Assembly (NCBI GenBank): GCA_965197905.1
Contig: CBDAOB010000005.1
Location: 992,001 to 1,056,000 of the forward strand
Direction of reading: 5' to 3'
Length of the DNA stretch: 64,000 nucleotides
From: Candidatus Latescibacterota bacterium
GTDB taxonomy: Bacteria; Latescibacterota; UBA2968; UBA8231
Part shown: positions 1-8,679 of the stretch, in pieces
Numbering within the stretch: the stretch's first letter is position 1
Layout of the letters: each line of letters begins with the position of its first letter
Program-made: the position numbers and the translations under genes
Notes under the pieces: generated by a model
Told to the model about the DNA's origin: nothing
What the model saw: the letters and a program-made list of their open reading frames with translations, nothing else
Database searches by the model: none

Positions 1-12
1 GAGCGGAACTGA

Positions 13-156
13 GGGGAAGAGCCAGAAAAATATACCGACGAGGTCAAAGAACTGTGGAACCGGCTAGAGTCAGACTGGGAGGAGCTTCAGAAAGAACCTT
101 TGGCTTTCATTGACGCGAAACGTTTGGTGCCGCCCGCTGATGATTTTAAGGAATAG
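13..156 (+). CDS. 3' end of an unidentified gene entering from the left edge (probable indel near position 10)
   Basis: Frame reads GEEPEKYTDEVKELWNRLESDWEELQKEPLAFIDAKRLVPPADDFKE-TAG (154-156). Protein-like composition; converges on the pYEATS gene. Confidence 0.35.
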   Translation, partial: GEEPEKYTDEVKELWNRLESDWEELQKEPLAFIDAKRLVPPADDFKE

Positions 157-174
157 GCGCCCACGCAACAGCTG

Positions 175-483
175 TCAGACTTCCCATTTTGCGTATCCAT
201 CGATCGTTTGCGATGTGCCATCTTTCATCTGCAGGATTGCGCGTATGTCGAAATACCCATACGTCCAAATTACTAGCCGGAAGTTCCGACGTTGATCGTG
301 CGCATATCTCACCCGGTCACGGAATGTCGGATGAAGCTCGTATTGGACAGACACCACACTTTTTAAGTCGTCAGGAGTTGACGCTTCTACTGTAATCCAA
401 ACCTTGTAGTGCTCACGACCACCAGTCCGGAAAACCTTCTTGCTCCCGTCGGGTGCGCGTTGAGATCTTATCTCGAAGGGCAT
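175..483 (-). CDS. Stand-alone prokaryotic YEATS (pYEATS) domain protein
   Basis: 102 aa with V-x-Y-x-LHPTF...F-x-L...W-x-YGYF...DG, matching the YEATS LHxSF / GWGEF pattern. Confidence 0.75.
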   Translation of the reverse strand: MPFEIRSQRAPDGSKKVFRTGGREHYKVWITVEASTPDDLKSVVSVQYELHPTFRDRVRYAHDQRRNFRLVIWTYGYFDIRAILQMKDGTSQTIDGYAKWEV

Positions 484-492
484 GATTGTTAT

Positions 493-900
493 TCAGCTTT
501 GGGTTGGAATTTCGATGTCGTCCGCCTCTTCGTCCAGGGTCGGAGATGTGTCTTTTTCGAGTTCTTCAATTAGCTTCTTCTGTTTTTCCACCTCTTTTTG
601 GGCAGACTCCGATTCCCGAACCGTCTTTTGCAACCTACTTTCAAGTTCCTGGACTCCCTGATTGCCGAAGTAGTATCCGATTATCGTGGTCAAACCGCCA
701 CCAAGAAGCAGAAAGCCGCTCTTGAACAAATCGAGCCAACTGTTCGTCGGATCTTCGCTGAAGATTGCAGCAGCACCTACGCCTGCTAGCAATGTGACGA
801 ATGACCCAAGAAGGCTCAGCGCGATGAGTTTGGTCGTCCGCGCAACAGGACCCTCAAGTGTCCGGGGTTTGTCGGCGCCGTTTCCAGTGGCTTCTTCCAT
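493..900 (-). CDS. Hypothetical membrane protein: two TM helices plus C-terminal coiled coil and acidic tail
   Basis: ATG at 900 preceded by a GAGG RBS. Hydrophobic segments LIALSLLGSFVTLLAGVGAAAIF and FLLLGGGLTTIIGYYFG, then an E/K-rich heptad region. Ends 9 bp upstream of the pYEATS gene. Confidence 0.7.
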   Translation of the reverse strand: MEEATGNGADKPRTLEGPVARTTKLIALSLLGSFVTLLAGVGAAAIFSEDPTNSWLDLFKSGFLLLGGGLTTIIGYYFGNQGVQELESRLQKTVRESESAQKEVEKQKKLIEELEKDTSPTLDEEADDIEIPTQS

Positions 901-1088
901 GCGATTTGTTTGCCTCTTTAACATATCTTCATTAAAGTGGCAGGCAGGAGCCATCAAGGACTCCACACATCGTGGGACTAAAGAGTATATTACTCGCAGG
1001 TCAATTTCACGCAAGAATAACGAGCGAACAAGGCTCGAGGGACAGTGCATCCACTTTCAACATGGTCCGAAATAACCATTAGTTTCAA

Positions 1089-2219
1089 CTACAGCTCAAA
1101 CGAATACTTCCTCACCACATCCTCTTTAACTCCTACTCCCAACCCGGGCACGTCGCGCACCTCGAGATAACCACTTTCCTGCACCCAGGGCTCGCTCACC
1201 AGCTCATGCTGCATCGGCGATGCGTGCGGTTTGAAGTCCATGCACCAGCCGGCCGGCGACGACGCCAGCAAATGCACACTGGCCGCCGTGTTCAACGCGC
1301 TCGACCAGGTGTGCGCGGTGAACTTCAAGTATGCCGCCTCCACCAGCTTGATCGTCTTCACACAACCGGTAATCCCCTGGCACCGGCCCGGGTCCATCTG
1401 CACCACGTCGACGCCACCTGCTTCGAGCAACCGCCGGTAACCATCTACGTTCCACTCCTGCTCGCCGGTGCCGACGCGCGTGCGGATGCGCTCGCGCAAG
1501 AGCACGTGGGCCTGGTAATCCTGGGGTGGCAATGGCTCCTCAATCCATAACAACAGGTACGGTTCCAGCTTCTCCAGGCGGTCGATGGCTGTTCGCAGAT
1601 CCCACCGCACCCGGGCGCCGAGAACGTCGAGCACCAGGTCGCACTCCTCGCCGATCACCTCCCGGATTCGTCGAACCAGTTCCAGATCCCGCTTCTCGTC
1701 GGTGCCGAATACCGACTCCGGGCGCGTACCCCAGCCGCCCTTCACGATCTGGTATCCCTGCTCGGTCATCCACTTGAACTCGTTCACAGTCCAATCGAGA
1801 TCGTCCATGTCCAGGTGGATCGAGCCCATGGCGATTACTCTGTCCGTTAGCCGGCCACCGATAAGGTTGCACACCGGCAAACCCAGAGCCTTGCCCTTGA
1901 GATCCCAGAGCGCCATGTCGATGGCGCTGACGGCGAACGCGGCAATCCCCTGTGGACCGTACCACCAGATGCGGTCGAGCATAAGGTGCCAGCAGGCTTC
2001 CACCTCGAATGCGTTCTCGCCCACTAGCAACGGTGCGAATCCGTGTTCGATCACGATCTTGGTGGCATGGCAGGAGTCGGGGAACTGGCTGATGCATTCC
2101 CCCCAGCCGACGGTGCCATCCTCGCTTTCGACCCGCGCCAGCGTGATATGGCGAAGTGCTCCGTGATCGTGAGGCTCGGGATAGCGAAGGGGGTGGGCCG
2201 TCATGGACTTGATCTTCAT
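1089..2219 (-). CDS. Mandelate racemase/muconate lactonizing enzyme (enolase superfamily) protein
   Basis: GTVGWGE, SAIDMALWDLKGKALGLPV, metal ligands D / WIEEP / GEQ, PGLGV. Start overlaps the upstream stop (ATGA). Confidence 0.92.
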   Translation of the reverse strand: MKIKSMTAHPLRYPEPHDHGALRHITLARVESEDGTVGWGECISQFPDSCHATKIVIEHGFAPLLVGENAFEVEACWHLMLDRIWWYGPQGIAAFAVSAIDMALWDLKGKALGLPVCNLIGGRLTDRVIAMGSIHLDMDDLDWTVNEFKWMTEQGYQIVKGGWGTRPESVFGTDEKRDLELVRRIREVIGEECDLVLDVLGARVRWDLRTAIDRLEKLEPYLLLWIEEPLPPQDYQAHVLLRERIRTRVGTGEQEWNVDGYRRLLEAGGVDVVQMDPGRCQGITGCVKTIKLVEAAYLKFTAHTWSSALNTAASVHLLASSPAGWCMDFKPHASPMQHELVSEPWVQESGYLEVRDVPGLGVGVKEDVVRKYSFEL

Positions 2220-3067
2220 CGCTTCGCTGCCCACGCTTTGGCGATCAGGTCTCGAAGCATGACCGTCTCGGAGAGATTGTCCACGTCAGGCACGATCTCG
2301 TTATCCATGCGCACGTACTCCAGGCCGATGTACCCAGGGTAGTTCTCGCGTTTCATCGCTCGCACCACACGGCGGTAATCGATGGTGTTGTTCTTTAGGG
2401 TGGTCTGCAGGAAGCCTTTGCAGGCGGCGCGTGCGTGAAAATGACCGGCGTGTTTGACCAGCGGTTCGATCTTGCTGTCCGGCATCCCCTGGGTCGTGTA
2501 GTGACCATAGTCCAGGGTGAGGGTCAGACCAGGGGTCATCTCCACGAGCTGCGCGGCCAGCTTTGGGGTCGGTGCCACGGACCACATATGCGCCTCCACG
2601 GAAAACACAACCTTGGCATCGTTGGCTTGCTCTACGCACCACGCAAGCGTCTCGCTGGAGCGTTTCAGGGAATCACTCCTGGGTTCAGATTCAAAGTGCT
2701 GGCCGGGGAGTGAGGTCATGTGAGGCGCATCGCAGCGAACAATGAAGTCCAGGGTGCGTTTGAAGAGGTCGCGAAAGCGACGGCGCACACTGGCATCGGG
2801 CGCGTTCGGTGCCTGCTTGAATACGTCTTGTGAGGGGATCAGGAAAATGTCAGCAAACTTCAGTCCCCGGTCCTTGAGCTTCTTGGACAACCGGCGTGCA
2901 GAAGCCCCGGTGTTTGGAAAGATATCTTTCGGTTGCAGGTGTGAGCGGCCGGCAAAGATGCCGATGTCGACCCCCCTGATACCGAGCATTGCGATCAGAT
3001 CAAGTGCTTCGTCGTGGGATAGGAGGGGAAAGGTGAAGTCGGCACATGCAATTTTAGGTTTTTTCAT
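2216..3067 (-). CDS. Sugar phosphate isomerase/epimerase (xylose isomerase-like TIM barrel)
   Basis: VEAH, LTLDYGH, HFHAR, IDY...YPGYIGLEY motifs. Confidence 0.85.
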   Translation of the reverse strand: MKKPKIACADFTFPLLSHDEALDLIAMLGIRGVDIGIFAGRSHLQPKDIFPNTGASARRLSKKLKDRGLKFADIFLIPSQDVFKQAPNAPDASVRRRFRDLFKRTLDFIVRCDAPHMTSLPGQHFESEPRSDSLKRSSETLAWCVEQANDAKVVFSVEAHMWSVAPTPKLAAQLVEMTPGLTLTLDYGHYTTQGMPDSKIEPLVKHAGHFHARAACKGFLQTTLKNNTIDYRRVVRAMKRENYPGYIGLEYVRMDNEIVPDVDNLSETVMLRDLIAKAWAAKR

Positions 3068-3116
3068 GAGAGCCTCGTTGGATTTGGCGGCCAGTCTGAC
3101 CTTTTCGATGCACCTC

Positions 3117-3914
3117 TTATGGATTACCCAGCTTAAAGCCGCCGTCGATCTCGATCACCTGGCCGGTGATATACCCAGCCTCGTCCGAAAGCAGGAAGGC
3201 GACAAGGGCGGCCATTTCCTCGGGTTGCGCGATGCGATGCATGGGGATGGCATCGACCATCTTCCGGGTCAGCTCACCGGGTTTTAAGCCAAGATGGGCT
3301 CCGCGATTCAGGTCTACGTCCCGCCACATGGGGGTGTCGACGATGCCGGGGCTTACGGCGTTGACGCGAATATTCACCGGGGCGTACTCCAGGGCGAGGG
3401 TGCGCGTCATATGGTCGACGCCAAGCTTGCTGACACCATAATCCACGTTGTTGGGTCGGGCGCCATGGGCTGAGGTCGAGGACAGGTTTACAATGCTGCC
3501 GCCCCGCCCCGCCGATTTCGCAGCTTCTGCCACCTCCCGGTCAAGAAAGAAGCTCGCGGTCAGGTTCAGAGACAGGATCTGCTGCCACTCCTGCCGTTTT
3601 ACCTCGGCAATACTGCGTATGCGAATCATTCCGGCGGCAGGCACACACCCATCGATGCGTCCGAACTCCGACTGTGCCAGCGCGACGGCGCGGGCAGGGT
3701 GCTCCTCGTCGGTGACGTCGCCGGGCAGCAGGGCACAATGGCCACCTGTCTCCTCGATGGAGCTTGCCGTACCCCGAAGGCCGTCCTCGTTCAGGTCTGC
3801 CAATACAACGCAGCCTCCTTCCGCTGCGACGCGCACGGCGATCGCCTGTCCGATGCCGCTGGCAGCGCCGGTGACGATGTAGGCTCTGCCGTCCAGGCGT
3901 CTGGTCTCGTTCAT
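3117..3914 (-). CDS. Short-chain dehydrogenase/reductase (SDR)
   Basis: VTGAASGIG, YGVSK catalytic YxxxK, IRVNAVSPG, YITGQVIEIDGG. Confidence 0.93.
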   Translation of the reverse strand: MNETRRLDGRAYIVTGAASGIGQAIAVRVAAEGGCVVLADLNEDGLRGTASSIEETGGHCALLPGDVTDEEHPARAVALAQSEFGRIDGCVPAAGMIRIRSIAEVKRQEWQQILSLNLTASFFLDREVAEAAKSAGRGGSIVNLSSTSAHGARPNNVDYGVSKLGVDHMTRTLALEYAPVNIRVNAVSPGIVDTPMWRDVDLNRGAHLGLKPGELTRKMVDAIPMHRIAQPEEMAALVAFLLSDEAGYITGQVIEIDGGFKLGNP

Positions 3915-3918
3915 TATA

Positions 3919-5409
3919 TTAGGCTGCCTTCCATACGGTTTCTCGATCGAGCGGATAGATCGGCCTTGGGATGGAGCGGTAGTTCAACCGGTCCAGATAC
4001 GATGGACTGGGGCCGGGACATTCGCACGCCAACGACTCAGTCATGATGTCAGCGAAGACCTTCATGTGGCCGACAGTGCACTTCAACACCACGATCTGGG
4101 CGTCACTCGGCTCCAGTCCGATCTGCCTGAACACTTCCGGATCGTGTCCAGGCCCGGGGCACTCGCTGACAACGATATGGATCGACCCGACACGGAGAAG
4201 CGCACATCGCCCCATGTCGGCTTGCTGAGCGCAGTGGCTGCCGACATCGAAGCGGCCATCGCTGAAACCTTCGACGTGCGCTCGAAGTCGTACCGGTTGA
4301 TGGTATTGGCGGGATCGTTTGGCGCCCAGCTCCAGGTCGATCTCACTCCCCACCGGGACGTCCAGCGCTCGTTTCACCGCCTCCTCGTCTACCATAGTCA
4401 GGTAGGCTGGACAAGTGATCCTCTGGGCCAACATCTCTTTCAGCAAACAAGTGCTGTCGCCGGGGGAACCACCGTTGGTGGCGTCGGCTCCGTCGGCGAT
4501 GACCACCGGTCCACTCGGCGCGGTGGCGGCATGGCGTACTGCATCGGCGGGTTCGTACTTCTCCACGTAGAACTCATTTCGATGATCCCAAGCGTGCTGC
4601 GCAAGATCGCGACACAGTTTTTCCGCTAATTGAGGCTGATCATCGGTGGTCACCACGACGGACCATCCGAGCTCCGGCACGTCGATCCAGGGCTGCACCG
4701 GGAAGAGCGAAACGTCGATTACGCCAGTCTGCTCTTCCATCCGTCTGGCCAGCCCAAACCAGGTGGACATCGGCCCCGCATCCGTCATGAATTGTTCGCA
4801 CGGAGTCACCAGAGGCAACTTTTGGTAAGCCATGATCGGATGAGCCTCTCGGCGGATCAAGCGCAACAGCAGGGCGGCCCCTCGCTTGCCGGTTTTGCGC
4901 ATGTCGATGTGGGGGCAGTGGCGATAGGCCGTAAGCGCATCGCATGCATCCACCATTTCGCGAGTGACATTGGCGTGGTGATCGAGGGTAAGAAGGAGAG
5001 GAATGTTAGGCCCGATCAGGCTTCGGATCGTTGCGGCGATTTTACCTTCTACATCTGCGGTATCTTCGGCGACCAGCGCGCCGTGCATAGAGAAGACCAC
5101 CCCATGCAGAACGGAGGCCTGCTGTAGTTGCTGGGTGAGTGCTGCGATCAGATCGTCGACGAACGCTGCTTCGGCAGGTCCGCCACACCAGCTGTTGGCA
5201 GCGAGCAACGGAACGATGTTGACCTTCTCGTACCCAAGGACGTCTCCAAAGCCGGCTAACTCATCATCTTCGTTCTCAATTCCGTCCAGCATTGCTGCGC
5301 CAGCTAGATATCGGTGGCGGCGAAAATCCGCCATCGTGGTGCGCGCTTGGGAAAAGGTGTTGGTCTCTTGCCAAACGCGACCGATCGCTATGTCCGGGCC
5401 ATCGCTCAT
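3919..5409 (-). CDS. M81 family metallopeptidase (MlrC-like)
   Basis: QETNTFS, MHGA, LDHHAN, YRHCPHIDM, DATNGGSPGDST. Confidence 0.9.
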   Translation of the reverse strand: MSDGPDIAIGRVWQETNTFSQARTTMADFRRHRYLAGAAMLDGIENEDDELAGFGDVLGYEKVNIVPLLAANSWCGGPAEAAFVDDLIAALTQQLQQASVLHGVVFSMHGALVAEDTADVEGKIAATIRSLIGPNIPLLLTLDHHANVTREMVDACDALTAYRHCPHIDMRKTGKRGAALLLRLIRREAHPIMAYQKLPLVTPCEQFMTDAGPMSTWFGLARRMEEQTGVIDVSLFPVQPWIDVPELGWSVVVTTDDQPQLAEKLCRDLAQHAWDHRNEFYVEKYEPADAVRHAATAPSGPVVIADGADATNGGSPGDSTCLLKEMLAQRITCPAYLTMVDEEAVKRALDVPVGSEIDLELGAKRSRQYHQPVRLRAHVEGFSDGRFDVGSHCAQQADMGRCALLRVGSIHIVVSECPGPGHDPEVFRQIGLEPSDAQIVVLKCTVGHMKVFADIMTESLACECPGPSPSYLDRLNYRSIPRPIYPLDRETVWKAA

Positions 5410-5426
5410 GGATCGGTTGCGTTCCT

Positions 5427-5888
5427 CTAGGCACTACTCGCCGGTTGCAGGAGTTCCAGCGCGATGCCGTCCGGTCCGTTGAAATAGATTCCCTTGGCGC
5501 CTTTGTTGATGCCCCAGGTGACTTCGTGGGGTGCCTCGGACTTGAATGCAACGCCCGCGGCGCGCAGACGATCAACCTCGGCATCGATGTCGGATACCGC
5601 GAAGCAGAGGTGCGCATTTCCTGGGCGATTGGTGGCCGTATCTACTGGTTCGCCGGCGGGTTGCAGATATTCGATTAGCTCGAGTAGGTGACCCCCGCTG
5701 GCGTCCTCGGGAAAGGCCAGAACAGCGATGTTCAGCTTGGCATCGGGATAGGCGATGATGCCCCGGATATAGTCGAAATCGTAAATCCCGCCGCCGACGC
5801 GCTGCAAGCCCATCAGCCCAGTGAAGAAACCCTCCGCCTTTTCCAGGTCGCTGACCGTGAAGCTGGTATGGTGGACTCCTTGAATCAT
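5427..5888 (-). CDS. VOC (glyoxalase/bleomycin resistance) family protein
   Basis: HHTSFTVSDLE, LELIEY, HLCFAVSDID, YFNGPDGIALELLQ. Confidence 0.9.
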   Translation of the reverse strand: MIQGVHHTSFTVSDLEKAEGFFTGLMGLQRVGGGIYDFDYIRGIIAYPDAKLNIAVLAFPEDASGGHLLELIEYLQPAGEPVDTATNRPGNAHLCFAVSDIDAEVDRLRAAGVAFKSEAPHEVTWGINKGAKGIYFNGPDGIALELLQPASSA

Positions 5889-6010
5889 AACCCTCGATGT
5901 GATTTATTTGGATCTTGCCAGCGGATTCGATGACTGGCAAAAAACCATGCGCCTTTTAGCGGGGAAGTCAAGCCGACAGAGAGAATGGGCGCTAAAGCGA
6001 AACGAAATCA

Positions 6011-8260
6011 ATGTCCAGTTTGAAGCTCGAGCACAAGATCCTCGTCATCATCGTGATCGCACTGGTATGCGGCCTCGGTTTATCCGTCGTGATAACCATC
6101 GAGCGCGAATCGGCCAATCTGCGATCGCAGAAGATTCGCGAATCGCGGCTTTTTGCCGAGACCTTGATGGCCGGCTTCCGCAACGTCATGCTGGCGGGCA
6201 GGGCGGGATACGTGAAGCAGCTAGTTGCCGACGCGCGAAACCAGTTCACCGACGGCCATGTGCGGCTGTTCAACAACTCGGGTGAGGAGATCTTCAGCGA
6301 GCGGGGGCAGTTTCTGTCGAACAAGACCGATCAGCCTGAGGTGGCCGGAGCCCTGGCGTCGCACAAAACACAGACCTTCGGATCGGTCCGCGTCAGTCCG
6401 CTCTTCAACGAAGAGCGCTGCCAATCCTGCCACGGATCGAATCACGAGGTTCGTGGCGCCACCTGGCTATCTCTTCGCGCTGAGGAGGGGTCCCATTCCA
6501 TCGGCCTGATGGTAGGTCGGGTCCTGGCGGCGGCGTTTAAGCAGATCATGATTTCGGGCCAGGGAGAGCTTGCGGATTCTCTGCTGATGGATGTGGCATC
6601 GATTCCGGGGGTTCGCTTCGCTCAGGTATACGACAACACGGGAACCTTTCCTGCCTTTGGCGACCTGGATGACGAACTGGACGAGATCGCGCTAGAGCGT
6701 GCCGTCAGTCGTTTCGATGAGGACCCCCACGGACCGCCGCAATCTTCCGGCTCCTCAAGCCATGGGGAACTGTTCTTTCTGCCGTTGCCCAACGAGGAAC
6801 GCTGTTACGTATGTCATGGGGATGACCACCAACTGCGCGGCGTGCTCGCTTTGTCCTTCAGCGAGCAGGAACGAGCCGGGCCCCAATCTGCCGAAGAACA
6901 GCTCCCGGTTGTCCAGGAATCGTTCGACACCGGGTTCCGCAGCATGATGCTGGTGGAAAGCGGGAGCCATAGCGGCCAGTTCGTGCACGCAGTGCGGCAA
7001 CTTCCCTTCGTGGATGAAGCGAGGATCTTCACCGAGAACAAGAGCGAGCTGATCGAAGTCTACGTGCCCAACGAAAACCGGATGCCGGTCCCCCAAAGCG
7101 TTTTGGACAGCATTCAAACAGTGATCCGGGCTGTCAACGTGGGCCATCAAACCAACGACATCGAGCCGGTTATCTTCACCGAGGATCGAAAGGGCGAGCC
7201 CTTTCTCGTGCAGCTCATTCCGATTGTCAATGATCAACGCTGCCAGGCTTGCCACCAGCCTCCTGAAGAGGGCAGCCCCGACTATGCCGCGAACAAAGAT
7301 CGGTGGAGGGTGCGAACGGTAGTGGAGGTAGCCAGTTCCATGGCCGCCATCCAGGACGAGATTGAGGGCAATCAGCGCATCGCAGTAGTCGTCGGACTGA
7401 TCACCTTGGTTTTCGTGTGGATTATCCTGCGGTTTTTCATGAAACGCTTCATAATCCGACCCATCGGTCTCATTGGCGGTGCCGCCGACCAGATCGGTGG
7501 TGGCAACCTGCGCGCCCGTGTCGACGTGGGCTCGGAAGACGAGCTGGGTAGTCTCGCAACGCAAATAAACGAGATGGCCACCGGTCTGCGGGAGCGTTTC
7601 GAGCTCACCAAGTTCGTATCCGGAGAGACCCTGGGAGCCGTCCAGGGGGCTGACGAAGGGGTGCAGCTGGGCGGCGAGCGCAAGGTGAGGACCCTTTTCT
7701 TTTCGGACATCCGCGGTTTTACAGCTTATTCGGAAGGTGTCGAGCCGGAGCAGGTCATCAGGATGCTTAACACCTATCTGCGGGCGCAAACGGAAATCGT
7801 CAATCGGTGGGGTGGCGACATCGACAAGTTTGTCGGCGACGAGCTGGTGGCCACCTTCGATGATGAGGGTGACCATGCGGAAGGCATGGTGGCGCGAGCC
7901 GCCGGCTGCGCCTACGAGATACAGCAGCGCATCGAGGAGTTGAACAAGGAATATCCCGATGCCGCGATCGGCGTCGGCATTGGGATCAACACGGGGCAGG
8001 TGGTGCTGGGTGCGATGGGAAGCGAGGCGCGCATGGATTACACGGTACTGGGTGACAACGTCAACGTCGCCGCACGCCTCTGCAGTGCCGCCGAGGCGCA
8101 TCAGATCATTATCTCCGAGGCCTCATACGACCAGATCAGGGATCGGTCTGATATACAGGTGCGTCCGCTTCCACCCCTTTCCGTGAAGAACAAGAGTGAG
8201 CCGCTCACCGTGTTCGAGATCGTCGGCGTCGAGATTCCACCCACGACGCCTGCGGAGTAG
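6011..8260 (+). CDS. Membrane class III adenylate cyclase with HAMP domain and three periplasmic heme-c (CxxCH) sensor modules
   Basis: N-terminal TM; CQSCH, CYVCH and CQACH; second TM; HAMP (DELGSLATQINEMA); cyclase motifs FSDIRGFT, DKFVGD, GIGINTG, YTVLGDNVNVAARL. Confidence 0.92.
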   Translation: MSSLKLEHKILVIIVIALVCGLGLSVVITIERESANLRSQKIRESRLFAETLMAGFRNVMLAGRAGYVKQLVADARNQFTDGHVRLFNNSGEEIFSERGQFLSNKTDQPEVAGALASHKTQTFGSVRVSPLFNEERCQSCHGSNHEVRGATWLSLRAEEGSHSIGLMVGRVLAAAFKQIMISGQGELADSLLMDVASIPGVRFAQVYDNTGTFPAFGDLDDELDEIALERAVSRFDEDPHGPPQSSGSSSHGELFFLPLPNEERCYVCHGDDHQLRGVLALSFSEQERAGPQSAEEQLPVVQESFDTGFRSMMLVESGSHSGQFVHAVRQLPFVDEARIFTENKSELIEVYVPNENRMPVPQSVLDSIQTVIRAVNVGHQTNDIEPVIFTEDRKGEPFLVQLIPIVNDQRCQACHQPPEEGSPDYAANKDRWRVRTVVEVASSMAAIQDEIEGNQRIAVVVGLITLVFVWIILRFFMKRFIIRPIGLIGGAADQIGGGNLRARVDVGSEDELGSLATQINEMATGLRERFELTKFVSGETLGAVQGADEGVQLGGERKVRTLFFSDIRGFTAYSEGVEPEQVIRMLNTYLRAQTEIVNRWGGDIDKFVGDELVATFDDEGDHAEGMVARAAGCAYEIQQRIEELNKEYPDAAIGVGIGINTGQVVLGAMGSEARMDYTVLGDNVNVAARLCSAAEAHQIIISEASYDQIRDRSDIQVRPLPPLSVKNKSEPLTVFEIVGVEIPPTTPAE

Positions 8261-8299
8261 CTTCCGGTCCCGCAACAACCCTGAACAAGGAGACGAATC

Positions 8300-8614
8300 A
8301 TGGTATCCGTAGGCATGGTCCTGGAACTGAAGCCGGGCTGGTACGACGAATACAAGAAACGCCACGACGAGCTCTGGCCCGAACTAGCCGCTGTGATGAG
8401 GCAAAATCGTATTGATATGGTGATCTATCGGTTCCAGGAGCTCCTGTTCGTTTACGGTACGGCTCCCTCGCAGGAGGCCTGGGATGCGGTGGAGAACGAC
8501 CCCGCGACCCCGCGATGGAACGAGTATATGGCCGAAGTGTTGAAATCCGATGAGAAAGGTGAGCTCATCATGCACGATCTGCCTCAGGCGTTTTCCTTCG
8601 GCAACTTGAAGTAG
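8300..8614 (+). CDS. rhaM: L-rhamnose mutarotase family protein
   Basis: LKPG...EYKKRHDELWPEL...RWNEYM; AAGGAG RBS. Confidence 0.8.
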   Translation: MVSVGMVLELKPGWYDEYKKRHDELWPELAAVMRQNRIDMVIYRFQELLFVYGTAPSQEAWDAVENDPATPRWNEYMAEVLKSDEKGELIMHDLPQAFSFGNLK

Positions 8615-8679
8615 GCGATGAATGAGACCGAGCAACGCTCAGCATCTGGCGCCAAGGCCGGCCTGACCAAGAGTCGCTG

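Noticed and set aside
3919..5409. Microcystin degradation (mlr) cluster
   Set aside because: No mlrA, mlrB or mlrD recognised; M81 family membership alone is not enough.
6755..8101. 448-aa minus-strand ORF, and similar long ORFs at 39033-40220, 46059-47159, 57024-58139 and 59477-60370
   Set aside because: Antisense shadows of well-supported genes in GC-rich DNA; no motifs.
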